Source: Eledone cirrhosa (lineage: Eukaryota). From it: DNA of 64,000 nt. The translations under genes and the position numbers were made by a program. The notes below the pieces were generated by a model. The model had not been told where the DNA came from. It ran no database searches and saw nothing but the letters and a program-made list of their open reading frames with translations. The stretch spans positions 38,006,001-38,070,000 of the forward strand of contig OZ024750.1 in assembly GCA_964016885.1 (NCBI GenBank), read 5' to 3'. This document shows positions 33,101-48,460 of this stretch, piece by piece. Each line of letters begins with the position of its first letter. Within the stretch, counting starts at the first letter, position 1.

Positions 33101-34080
33101 TGTGATGTACCATGAAGCTATGGCTAACCTGTACACTGTATGTGATGTACCATGAAGCTATGACTAACCTGTACACTGTATATGATGTACCATGAAGCTA
33201 TGACTAACCTTTACACTGTATGTGATGTACCATGAAGCTATGGCTAACATGTACACTGTATGTGATGTACCATGAAGCTATGACTAACCTGTACACTGTA
33301 TGTGATGTACCATGAAGCTATGGCTAACCTGTACAATGTATGTGATGTACCATGAAGCTATGACTAACCTGTACACTGTATGTGATGTTCCATGAAGCTA
33401 TGACTAACCTGTACACTGTATGTGATGTACCATGAAGCTATGGCTAACCTGTACACTGTATGTGATGTACCATGAAGCTATGACTAACTTGTACACTGTA
33501 TATGATGTACCATGAAGCTATGACTAACATGTACACTGTATGCGATGTACCATGAAGCTATGACTAACCTGTACACTGTATGTGATGTACCATGAAGCTA
33601 TGACTAACCTGTACACTGTATATGATGTACCATGAAGCTATGACTAACCTTTACACTGTATGTGATGTACCATGAAGCTATGGCTAACATGTACACTGTA
33701 TGTGATGTACCATGAAGCTATGACTAACCTGTACACTGTATGTGATGTACCATGAAGCTATGGCTAACCTCTACACTGTATGTGATGTACCATGAAGCTG
33801 TGACTAACCTGTACACTGTATGTGATGTTCCATGAAGCTATGACTAACCTGTACACTGTATGTGATGTACCATGAAGCTATGGCTAACCTGTACACTGTA
33901 TGTGATGTACCATGAAGCTATGACTAACTTTTACACTGTATATAATGTACCATGAAGCTATAAATAACATGTACACTGTATGCGATGTACCATGAAGCTA
34001 TGACTAACCTGTACACTGTATGTGATGTACCATGAAGCTATGACTAACCTGTACACTGTATGTGATGTACCATGAAGCTA
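27140..34080. repeat. Higher-order repeat A: 60-monomer unit of 2,399 bp, about 3 tandem copies
   Basis: The 39-bp monomer starts at 27481, 29880 and 32279 (period 2,399). GAATAACC, GACTTACCTG, CTAAGCTGTTCAC, GTACCCTG, CTGTGACTAAC and TAAATAACATG repeat in the same order. The third copy lacks one monomer near 32840. Confidence 0.93.
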
Positions 34081-37000
34081 TGGCTAACCTGTACACTGTA
34101 TGTGATGTAACATGAAGCTATAGCTAACCTGTACACTGTATGTGATGTACCATGAAGCTATGACTAACCTGTACACTGTATGTGATGTACCATGAAGCTA
34201 TGACTAACCCGTACACTGTATGTGATGTAACATGAAGCTATAGCTAAACTCTACACTGTATGTGATGTACCATGAAGCTATGACTAACCTGTACACTGTA
34301 TGTGATGTACCATGAAGCTATAGCTAACCTATACACTGTATGTGATGTACCATGAAGCTATGACTAATCTGTACACTGTATGTGATGTACCATGAAGCTA
34401 TGGCTAACCTGTACACCGTATGTGATGTAACAGGAAGCTATAGCTAACCTGTACACTGTATGTGATGTACCATGAAGCTATAACTAACCTGTACACTGTA
34501 TGTGATGTACCATGAAGCTATGACTAACCTGTACACTGTATGTGATGTACCATGAAGCTATGGCTAACCTGTACACTGTATGTGATGTACCATGAAGCTA
34601 TGACTAACCTGTACACTGTATATGATGTACCATGAAGCTATGACTAACATGTACACTGTATGCGATGTACCATGAAGCTATGACTAACCTGTACACTGTA
34701 TGTGATGTACCATGAAGCTATGACTAACCTCTACACTGTATGTGATGTACCATGAAGCTATAGGTAACCTGTACACTGTATGTGATGTACCATGAAGCTA
34801 TGACTAACCTGTACACTGTATGTGATGTACCATGAAGCTATGACTAACCTGTACACTGTATGTGATGTACCATGAAGCTATGACTAACCTATACACTGTA
34901 TGTGATGTACCATGAAGCTATGACTAACCTTTACACTTTATGTGATGTACCATGAATTATATGACTAACCTGTACACTGTATGTGATGTACCATGAAGCT
35001 ATGACTAACCTATACACTGTATGTGATGTACCATGAAGCTATGACTAACCTTTACACTGTATGTGATGTACCATGAAGCTATGGCTAACCTGTACACTGT
35101 ATGTGATGTACCATGAAGCTATGGCTAACCTGTACACTGTATGTGATGTACCATGAAGTTATAGCTAATCTGTACACTGTATGTGATGTAACATGAAGCT
35201 ATAGCTAACCTGTACACTGTATGTGATGTACCATGAAGCTATGACTAACCTGTACACTGTATGTGATGTACCATGAAGCTATAGCTAACCTATACACTGT
35301 ATGTGATGTACCATGAAGCTATGACTAACCTGTACACTGTATGTGATGTACCATGAAGCTATGACTAACATGTAACCTGTATGTGATGTACCATGAAGCT
35401 ATGACTAACCTGTACACTGTATGTGATGTACCATGAAGCTATGGCTAACCTGTACAATGTATGTGATGTACCATGAAGCTATGACTAACCTATACACTGT
35501 ATGTGATGTACCATGAAGCTATGACTAACCTGTACACTGTATGTGATGTACCATGAAGCTATGGCTAACCTGTACACTGTATGTGATGTACCATGAAGCT
35601 ATGACTTACCTGTACACTGTATGTGATGTACCATGAAGCTATGGCTAACCTGTACAATGTATGTGATGTACCATGAAGCTATGACTAACCTATACACTGT
35701 ATGTGATGTACCATGAAGCTATGACTAACCTGTACACTGTATGTGATGTACCATGAAGCTATGGCTAACCTGTACACTGTATGTGATGTACCATGAAGCT
35801 ATGACTTACCTGTACACTGTATGTGATGTACCATGAAGCTATGGCTAAGCTGTTCACTGTATGTGATGTACCATGAAGCTATGGCTAACATGTACACTGT
35901 ATGTGATGTACCATGAAGCTATGGCTAACCTGTACACTGTATGTGATGTACCATGAAGCTATGGCTAAGCTGTATACTGTATGTGATGTACCATGAAGCT
36001 ATGACTAACCTGTACACTGTATGTGATGTACCATGAAGCTATAGCTAACCTGTACCCTGTATGTGATGTACCATGAAGCTATGGCTAACCTGTACACTGT
36101 ATGTGATGTACCATGAAGCTATGACTAACCTGTACACTGTATGTGATGTACCATGAAGCTATAGCTAACCTATACACTGTATGTGATGTACCATGAAGCT
36201 ATGGCTAACATGTACACTGTATGTGATGTACCATGAAGCTATGACTAACTTGTACACTGTATGTGATGTACCATGAAGCTATGGCTAACCTGTACACTGT
36301 GTGTGATGTACCATGAAGCTATGGCTAACCTGTACACTGTATGTGATGTACCATGAAGCTATGACTAACCTGTACATTGTATGTGATGTACCATGAAGCT
36401 ATAGCTAACCTGTACACTGTATGTGATGTACCATGAAGCTATGGCTAACATGTACACTGTATGTGATGTACCATGAAGCTATGACTAACCTGTACACTGT
36501 ATGTGATGTACCATGAAGCTATGGCTAACCTGTACAATGTATGTGATGTACCATGAAGCTATGACTAACCTGTACACTGTATGTGATGTTCCATGAAGCT
36601 ATGACTAACCTGTACACTGTATGTGATGTACCATGAAGCTATGGCTAACCTGTACACTGTATGTGATGTACCATGAAGCTATGACTAACTTGTACACTGT
36701 ATATGATGTACCATGAAGCTATGACTAACATGTACACTGTATGCGATGTACCATGAAGCTATGACTAACCTGTACACTGTATGTGATGTACCATGAAGCT
36801 ATGACTAAACTGTACACTGTATGTGATGTACCATGAAGCAATGGCTAACCTGTACTCTGTATGTGATGTAACATGAAGCTATAGCTAACCTGTACACTGT
36901 ATGTGATGTACCATGAAGCTATGACTAACCTGTACACTGTATGTGATGTACCATGAAGCTATGACTAACCCGTACACTGTATGTGATGTAACATGAAGCT

Positions 37001-40000
37001 ATAGCTAACCTATACACTGTATGTGATGTACCATGAAGCTATGACTAATCTGTACACTGTATGTGATGTACCATGAAGCTATGGCTAACCTGTACACCGT
37101 ATGTGATGTAACATGAAGCTATAGCTAACCTGTACACTGTATGTGATGTACCATGAAGCTATGTCTAACCTGTACACTGTATGTGATGTACCATGAAGCT
37201 ATGACTTACCTGTACACTGTATGTGATGTACCATGAAGCTATGGCTAAGCTGTTCACTGTATGTGATGTACCATGAAGCTATGGCTAACATGTACACTGT
37301 ATGTGATGTACCATGAAGCTATGGCTAACCTGTACACTGTATGTGATGTACCATGAAGCTATGGCTAAGCTGTACACTGTATGTGATGTACCATGAAGCT
37401 ATGACTAACCTGTACACTGTATGTGATGTACCATGAAGCTATAGCTAACCTGTACCCTGTATGTGATGTACCATGAAGCTATGGCTAACCTGTACACTGT
37501 ATGTGATGTACCATGAAGCTATGACTAACCTGTACACTGTATGTGATGTACCATGAAGCTATAGCTAACCTATACACTGTATGTGATGTACCATGAAGCT
37601 ATGGCTAACATGTACACTGTATGTGATGTACCATGAAGCTATGACTAACTTGTACACTGTATGTGATGTACCATGAAGCTATGGCTAACCTGTACACTGT
37701 GTGTGATGTACCATGAAGCTATGGCTAACCTGTACACTGTATGTGATGTACCATGAAGCTATGACTAACCTGTACATTGTATGTGATGTACCATGAAGCT
37801 ATAGCTAACCTGTACACTGTATGTGATGTACCATGAAGCTATGGCTAACCTGTACACTGTATGTGATGTACCATGAAGCTATGACTAACCTGTACACTGT
37901 ATATGATGTACCATGAAGCTATGACTAACCTTTACACTGTATGTGATGTACCATGAAGCTATGGCTAACATGTACACTGTATGTGATGTACCATGAAGCT
38001 ATGACTAACCTGTACACTGTATGTGATGTACCATGAAGCTATGGCTAACCTGTACAATGTATGTGATGTACCATGAAGCTATGACTAACCTGTACACTGT
38101 ATGTGATGTTCCATGAAGCTATGACTAACCTGTACACTGTATGTGATGTACCATGAAGCTATGGCTAACCTGTACACTGTATGTGATGTACCATGAAGCT
38201 ATGACTAACTTGTACACTGTATATGATGTACCATGAAGCTATGACTAACATGTACACTGTATGCGATGTACCATGAAGCTATGACTAACCTGTACACTGT
38301 ATGTGATGTACCATGAAGCTATGACTAACCTGTACACTGTATGTGATGTACCATGAAGCTATGGCTAACCTGTACTCTGTATGTGATGTAACATGAAGCT
38401 ATAGCTAACCTGTACACTGTATGTGATGTACCATGAAGCTATGACTAACCTGTACACTGTATGTGATGTACCATGAAGCTATGACTAACCCGTACACTGT
38501 ATGTGATGTAACATGAAGCTATAGCTAACCTATACACTGTATGTGATGTACCATGAAGCTATGACTAATCTGTACACTGTATGTGATGTACCATGAAGCT
38601 ATGGCTAACCTGTACACCGTATGTGATGTAACATGAAGCTATAGCTAACCTGTACACTGTATGTGATGTACCATGAAGCTATGACTAACCTGTACACTGT
38701 ATGTGATGTACCATGAAGCTATGACTAACCTTTACACTGTATGTGATGTACCATGAAGCTATCACTAACCTGTACACTGTATGTGATGTACCATGAAGCT
38801 ATGACTAACCTGTACACTGTATGTGATGTACCATGAAGCTATGACTAACCTATACACTGTATGTGATGTACCATGAAGCTATGACTAACCTTTACACTGT
38901 ATGTGATGTACCATGAATTCTATGACTAACCTGTACACTGTATGTGATGTACCATGAAGCTATAGCTAACCTATACACTGTATGTGATGTACCATGAAGC
39001 TATGACTAACCTGTACACTGTATGTGATGTACCATGAAGCTATGACTAACCTATACACTGTATGTGATGTACCATGAAGCTATGACTAACCTGTACACTG
39101 TATGTGATGTACCATGAAGCTATGACTAACATGTAACCTGTATGTGATGTACCATGAAGCTATGACTAACCTGTACACTGTATGTGATGTACCATGAAGC
39201 TATGCTAACCTGTACACTGTATGTGATGTACCATGAAGCTATGGCTAACCTGTACAATGTATGTGATGTACCATGAAGCTATGACTAACCTATACACTGT
39301 ATGTGATGTACCATGAAGCTATGACTAACCTGTACACTGTCTGTGATGTACCATGAAGCTATGGCTAAACTGTACACTGTATGTGACTTACCATGAAGCT
39401 ATGGCTAACCTGTACACTGTATGTGATGTACCATGAAGCTATGACTAATCTGTACACTGTATGTGATGTACCATGAAGCTATGGCTAACCTGTACACCGT
39501 ATGTGATGTAACATGAAGCTATAGCTAACCTGTACACTGTATGTGATGTACCATGAAGCTATAACTAACCTGTACACTGTATGTGATGTACCATGAAGCT
39601 ATGACTAACCTGTACACTGTATGTGATGTACCATGAAGCTATGGCTAACCTGTACACTGTATGTGATGTACCATGAAGCTATGACTAACCTGTACACTGT
39701 ATATGATGTACCATGAAGCTATGACTAACATGTACACTGTATGCGATGTACCATGAAGCCATGACTAACCTGTACACTGTATGTGATGTACCATGAAGCT
39801 ATGACTAACCTGTACACTGTATGTGATGTACCATGAAGCTATAGGTAACCTGTACACTGTATGTGATGTACCATGAAGCTATGACTAACCTGTACACTGT
39901 ATGTGATGTACCATGAAGCTATGACTAACCTGTACACTGTATGTGATGTACCATGAAGCTATGGCTAACCTATACACTGTATGTGATGTACCATGAAGCT

Positions 40001-43000
40001 ATGACTAACCTTTACACTGTATGTGATGTACCATGAATTCTATGACTAACCTGTACACTGTATGTGATGTACCATGAAGCTATGACTAACCTATACACTG
40101 TATGTGATGTACCATGAAGCTATGACTAACCTTTACACTGTATGTGATGTACCATGAAGCTATGGCTAACCTGTACACTGTACGTGATGTACCATGAAGC
40201 TATGGCTAACCTGTACACTGTATGTGATGTACCATGAAGTTATAGCTAATCTGTACACTGTATGTGATGTAACATGAAGCTATAGCTAACCTGTACACTG
40301 TATGTGATGTACCATGAAGCTATGACTAACCTGTACACTGTATGTGATGTACCATGAAGCTATAGCTAACCTATACACTGTATGTGATGTACCATGAAGC
40401 TATGACTAACCTGTACACTATATGTGATGTACCATGAAGCTATGACTAACCTATACACTGTATGTGATGTACCATGAAGCTATGACTAACCTGTACACTG
40501 TATGTGATGTACCATGAAGCTATGACTAACATGTAACCTGTATGTGATGTACCATGAATCTATGACTAACCTGTACACTGTATGTGATGTACCATGAAGC
40601 TATGCTAACCTGTACACTGTATGTGATGTACCATGAAGCTATGGCTAACCTGTACAATGTATGTGATGTACCATGAAGCTATGACTAACCTATACACTGT
40701 ATGTGATGTACCATGAAACTATGACTAACCTGTACACTGTCTGTGATGTACCATGAAGCTATGGCTAAACTGTACACTGTATGTGACTTACCATGAAGCT
40801 ATGGCTAACCTGTACACTGTATGTGATGTACCATGAAGCTATGACTAACCTGTACACTGTATATGATGTACCATGAAGCTATGACTAACATGTACACTGT
40901 ATGCGATGTACCATGAAGCTATGACTAACCCGTACACTGTATGTGATGTACCATGAAGCTATGACTAACCTGTACACTGTATGCGATGTACCATGAAGCT
41001 ATGACTAACCCGTACACTGTATGTGATGTACCATGAAGCTATGACTAACCTGTACACTGTATGTGATGTACCATGAATCTATGGCTAACCTGTACACTGT
41101 ATGTGATGTACCATGAAACTATGACTAACCTATACACTGTATGTGATGTACCATGAAGCTATGACTAACCTGTACACCGTATGTGATGTACCATGAAGCT
41201 ATAACTAACCTATACACTGTATGTGATGTACCATGAAGCTATGACTAACCTGTACACTGTATGTGATGTACCATGAAGCTATGACTAACCTATACACTGT
41301 ATGTGATGTACCATGCAGCTATGACTAACCTGTACACTGTATGTGATGTACCATGAAGCTATAGCTAACCTGTACACTGTATGTGATGTACCATGAAGCT
41401 ATGACTAACCTGTACACTGTATGTGATGTACCATGAAGCTATCACTAACCTGTACACTGTATGTGATGTAGAATGAAGCTATAGCTAACCTGTACACTGT
41501 ATGTGATGTACCATGAAGCTATGACTAACCTGTACACTGTATGCGATGTACCATGAAGCTATAGCTAACCTATACACTCTATGTGATGTACCATGAAGCT
41601 ATGACTAACCTGTACACTGTATGTGATGTACCATGAAGCTATGGCTAACCTGTACACTGTATGTGATGTAACATGAAGCTATAGCTAACTTGTACACTGT
41701 ATGTGATGTACCATGAAGCTATGACTAACCTGTACACTGTATGTGATGTACCATGAAGCTATGACTAACCTGTACACTGTATGTGATTTACCATGAAGCT
41801 ATGACTAACATGTACACTGTATGCGATGTACCATGAAGCTATGACTAACCTATACACTGTATGTGATGTACCATGAAGCTATGACTAAACTTTACACTGT
41901 ATGTGATGTACCATGAAGCTATGGCTAACCTGTACACTGTATGTGATGTACCATGAAGCTATGACTAACCTGTACACTGTATGCGATGTACCATGAAGCT
42001 ATAGCTAACCTATACACTCTATGTGATGTACCATGAAGTTATAGCTAATCTGTACACTGTATGTGATGTAACATGAAGCTATAGCTAATCTGTACACTGT
42101 ATGTGATGTACCATGAAGCTATGACTAACCTGTACACTGTATGTGATGTACCATGAAGCTATAGCTAACCTATACACTGTATGTGATGTACCATGAAGCT
42201 ATGACTAACCTGTACACTGTATCTCATGTACCATTAAGCTATTACTAACCTATACACTGTATGTGATGTACCATGAAGCTATGACTAAACTTTACACTGT
42301 ATGTGATGTACCATGAAGCTATGGCTAACCTGTACACTGTATGTGATGTACCATGAAGCTATGGCTAACCTGTACACTGTATGTGATGTACCATGAAGTT
42401 ATAGCTAATCTGTACACTGTATGTGATGTAACATGAAGCTATAGCTAACCTGTACACTGTATGTGATGTACCATGAAGCTATGACTAACCTGTACACTTT
42501 ATGTGATGTACCATGAAGCTATAGCTAACCTATACATTGTATGTGATGTACCATGAAGCTATGACTAATCTGTACACTGTATCTGATGTACCATGAAGCT
42601 ATAACTAACCTATACACTGTATGTGATGTACCATGAAGCTATGACTAACATGTACACTGTATGTGATGTACCATGAAGCTATGGCTAACCTGTACACTGT
42701 ATGTGATGCACCATGAAGCTATGCTAAACGGTACACTGTATGTGATGTACCATGAAGCTATGGCTAACCTGTACAATGTATGTGATGTACCATGAAGCTA
42801 TGAATAACCTATACACTGTATGTGATGTACCATGAAGCTATGACTAACCTGTACACTGTATGTGATGTACCATGAAGCTATGGCTAACCTGTACACTGTA
42901 TGTGATGTACCATGAAGCTATGACTAACCTGTACACTGTATGTGATGTACCATGAAGCTATGGCTAACCTGTACACTGTATGTGATGTACCATGAAGCTA

Positions 43001-44279
43001 TGGCTAACCTGTACACTGTATGTGATGTACCATGAAGCTATGGCTAACCTGTACACTGTATGTGATGTACCATGAAGCTATAGGTAACCTGTACACTGTA
43101 TGTGATGTACCCTGAAGCTATGACTAACCTGTACACTGTATGTGATGTACCATGAAGCTATGGCTAACCTGTACACCGTATGTGATGTAACATGAAGCTA
43201 TAGCTAACCTGTACACTGTATGTGATATACCATGAAGCTATGACTAACCTGTACACTGTATGTGATGTACCATGAAGCTATGACTAACCTGTACACTGTA
43301 TGTGATGTACCATGAAGCTATGGCTATCATGTACACTGTATGTGATGTACCATGAAGCGATGGCTAACCTGTACACTGTATGTGATGTACCATGAAGCTA
43401 TGGCTAACCTGTACACTGTATGTGATGTACCATGAAGCTATGGCTAACCTGTACACTGTATGTGATGTACCATGAAGCTATGACTAACCTGTACACTGTA
43501 TATGATGTACCATGAAGCTATGACTAACATGTACACTGTATGCGATGTACCATGAAGCTATGACTAACCTGTACACTGTATGTGATGTACCATGAAGCTA
43601 TAACTAACCTGTACACTGTATGTGATGTACCATGAAGCTATAGGTAACCTCTACACTGTATGTGATGTACCATGAAGCTATGACTAACCTGTACACTGTA
43701 TGTGATTTACCATGAAGCTATGACTAACCTTTACACTGTATGTGATGTACCATGAAGCTATGGCTAACATGTACACTGTATGTGATGTACCATGAAGCTA
43801 TGACTAACCTGTACACTGTATGTGATGTACCATGAAGCTATGGCTAACCTGTACACTGTATGTGATGTACCATGAAGCTATGACTAACCTGTACACTGTA
43901 TGTGATGTTCCATGAAGCTATGACTAACCTGTACACTGTATGTGATGTACCATGAAGCTATGGCTAACCTGTACACTGTATGTGATGTACCATGAAGCTA
44001 TGACTAACTTGTACACTGTATATGATGTACCATGAAGCTATGACTAACATGTACACTGTATGCGATGTACCATGAAGCTATGACTAACCTGTACACTGTA
44101 TGTGATGTACCATGAAGCTATGACTAACCTGTACACTGTATGTGATGTACCATGAAGCTATGGCTAACCTGTACACTGTATGTGATGTAACATGAAGCTA
44201 TAGCTAACCTGTACACTGTATGTGATGTACCATGAAGCTATGACTAACCTGTACACTGTATGTGATGTACCATGAAGCT

Positions 44280-47200
44280 ATGACTAACCCGTACACTGTA
44301 TGTGATGTAACATGAAGCTATAGCTAACCTCTACACTGTATGTGATGTACCATGAAGCTATGACTAACCTGTACACTGTATGTGATGTACCATGAAGCTA
44401 TAGCTAACCTATACACTGTATGTGATGTACCATGAAGCTATGACTAATCTGTACACTGTATGTGATGTACCATGAAGCTATGGCTAACCTGTACACCGTA
44501 TGTGATGTAACATGAAGCTATAGCTAACCTGTACACTGTATGTGATGTACCATGAAGCTCTGACTAACCTATACACTGTATTTGATGTACCATGAAGCTA
44601 TGACTAACCTTTACACTGTATGTGATGTACCATGAATTCTATGACTAACCTGTACACTGTATGTGATGTACCATGAAGCTATGACTAACCTATACACTGT
44701 ATGTGATGTACCATGAAGCTATGACTAACCTTTACACTGTATGTGATGTACCATGAAGCTATGGCTAACCTGTACACTGTATGTGATGTACCATGAAGCT
44801 ATGGCTAACCTGTACACTGTATGTGATGTACCATGAAGTTATAGCTAATCTGTACACTGTATGTGATGTAACATGAAGCTATAGCTAACCTGTACACTGT
44901 ATGTGATGTACCATGAAGCTATGACTAACCTGTACACTGTATGTGATGTACCATGAAGCTATAGCTAACCTATACACTGTATGTGATGTACCATGAAGCT
45001 ATGACTAACCTGTACACTGTATGTGATATACCATGAAGCTATGACTAACCTATACACTGTATGTGATGTACCATGAAGCTATGACTAACCTGTACACTGT
45101 ATGTGATGTACCATGAAGCTATGACTAACATGTAACCTGTATGTGATGTACCATGAAGCTATGACTAACCTGTACACTGTATGTGATGTACCATGAAGCT
45201 ATGCTAACCTGTACACTGTATGTGATGTACCATGAAGCTATGGCTAACCTGTACAATGTATGTGATGTACCATGAAGCTATGACTAACCTATACACTGTA
45301 TGTGATGTACCATGAAGCTATGACTAACCTGTACACTGTCTGTGATGTACCATGAAGCTATGGCTAAACTGTACACTGTATGTGACTTACCATGAAGCTA
45401 TGGCTAACCTGTACACTGTATGTGATGTACCATGAAGCTATGACTAACCTGTACACTGTATATGATGTACCATGAAGCTATGACTAACATGTACACTGTA
45501 TGCGGTGTACCATGAAGCTATGACTGACCTGTACACTGTATGTGATGTACCATGAAGCTATGACTAACCTGTACACTGTATGTGATGTACCATGAAGCTA
45601 TGACTAACCTGTACACTGTATGTGATGTACCATGAATCTATGGCTAACCTGTACACTGTATGTGATGTACCATGAAGCTATGACTAACCTATACACTGTA
45701 TGTGATGTACCACGAAGCTATGACTAACCTGTACACCGTATGTGATGTACCATGAAGCTATAACTAACCTATACACTGTATGTGATGTACCATGAAGCTA
45801 TGACTAACCTGTACACTGTATGTGATGTACCATGAAGCTATGACTAACCTATACACTGTATGTGATGTACCATGCAGCTATGACTAACCTGTACACTGTA
45901 TGTGATGTACCATGAAGCTATGACTAACCTGTACACTGTATGTGATGTACCATGAAGCTATGACTAACCTATACACTGTATGTGATGTACCATGAAGCTA
46001 TGACTAACCTTTACACTGTATGTGATGTACCATGAATTCTATGACTAACCTGTACACTGTATGTGATGTACCATGAAGCTATGACTAACCTATACACTGT
46101 ATGTGATGTACCATGAAGCTATGACTAACCTTTACACTGTATGTGATGTACCATGAAGCTATGACTAACCTGTACACTGTATGTGATGTACCATGAAGCT
46201 ATCACTAACCTGTACACTGTATGTGATGTACCATGAAGCTATGACTAACCTGTACACTGTATGTGATGTACCATGAAGCTATGACTAACCTATACACTGT
46301 ATGTGATGTACCATGAAGCTATGACTAACCTTTACACTGTATGTGATGTACCATGAATTCTATGACTAACCTGTACACTGTATGTGATGTACCATGAAGC
46401 TATGACTAACCTATACACTGTATGTGATGTACCATGAAGCTATGACTAACCTTTACACTGTATGTGATGTACCATGAAGCTATGACTAACCTGTACACTG
46501 TATGTGATGTACCATGAAGCTATGACTAACCTGTACACTGTATGTGATGTACCATGAATTCTATGACTAACCCGTACACTGTATGTGATGTAACATGAAG
46601 CTATAGCTAACCTCTACACTGTATGTGATGTACCATGAAGCTATGACTAACCTGTACACTGTATGTGATGTACCATGAAGCTATAGCTAACCTATACACT
46701 GTATGTGATGTACCATGAAGCTATGACTAATCTGTACACTGTATGTGATGTACCATGAAGCTATGGCTAACCTGTACACCGTATGTGATGTAACATGAAG
46801 CTATAGCTAACCTGTACACTGTATGTGATGTACCATGAAGCTATGACTAACCTGTACACTGTATGTGATGTACCATGAAGCTCTGACTAACCTATACACT
46901 GTATTTGATGTACCATGAAGCTATGACTAACCTTTACACTGTATGTGATGTACCATGAATTCTATGACTAACCTGTACACTGTATGTGATGTACCATGAA
47001 GCTATGACTAACCTATACACTGTATGTGATGTACCATGAAGCTATGACTAACCTTTACACTGTATGTGATGTACCATGAAGCTATGGCTAACCTGTACAC
47101 TGTATGTGATGTACCATGAAGCTATGGCTAACCTGTACACTGTATGTGATGTACCATGAAGTTATAGCTAATCTGTACACTGTATGTGATGTAACATGAA

Positions 47201-48460
47201 GCTATAGCTAACCTGTACACTGTATGTGATGTACCATGAAGCTATGACTAACCTGTACACTGTATGTGATGTACCATGAAGCTATAGCTAACCTATACAC
47301 TGTATGTGATGTACCATGAAGCTATGACTAACCTGTACACTGTATGTTATGTACCATGAAGCTATGACTAACCTATACACTGTATGTGATGTACCATGAA
47401 GCTATGACTAACCTGTACACTGTATGTGATGTACCATGAAGCTATGACTAACATGTAACCTGTATGTGATGTACCATGAAGCTATGACTAACCTGTACAC
47501 TGTATGTGATGTACCATGAAGCTATGCTAACCTGTACACTGTATGTGATGTACCATGAAGCTATGGCTAACCTGTACAATGTATGTGATGTACCATGAAG
47601 CTATGACTAACCTATACACTGTATGTGATGTACCATGAAGCTATGACTAACCTGTACACTGTCTGTGATGTACCATGAAGCTATGGCTAAACTGTACACT
47701 GTATGTGACTTACCATGAAGCTATGACTAACCTGTACACTGTATATGATGTACCATGAAGCTATGACTAACATGTACACTGTATGCGATGTACCATGAAG
47801 CTATGACTGACCTGTACACTGTATGTGATGTACCATGAAGCTATGACTAACCTGTACACTGTATGTGATGTACCATGAAGCTATGACTAACCTGTACACT
47901 GTATGTGATGTACCATGAATCTATGGCTAACCTGTACACTGTATGTGATGTACCATGAAGCTATGACTAACCTATACACTGTATGTGATGTACCACGAAG
48001 CTATGACTAACCTGTACACCGTATGTGATGTACCATGAAGCTATAACTAACCTATACACTGTATGTGATGTACCATGAAGCTATGACTAACCTGTACACT
48101 GTATGTGATGTACCATGAAGCTATGACTAACCTATACACTGTATGTGATGTACCATGCAGCTATGACTAACCTGTACACTGTATGTGATGTACCATGAAG
48201 CTATGACTAACCTGTACACTGTATGTGATGTACCATGAAGCTATGACTAACCTATACACCGTATGTGATGTACCATGAAGCTATGACTAACCTTTACACT
48301 GTATGTGATGTACCATGAATTCTATGACTAACCTGTACACTGTATGTGATGTACCATGAAGCTATGACTAACCTATACACTGTATGTGATGTACCATGAA
48401 GCTATGACTAACCTTTACACTGTATGTGATGTACCATGAAGCTATGACTAACCTGTACAC
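44280..48460. repeat. Tandem duplication of about 2.3 kb (57-58 monomers)
   Basis: CTCTGACTAACCTATACACTGTATTTG near 44558/46881, GAATTC at 44634/46957 and 46034/48317, GACTGACC near 45522/47805, CCACGAAG near 45710/47993. Confidence 0.88.
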
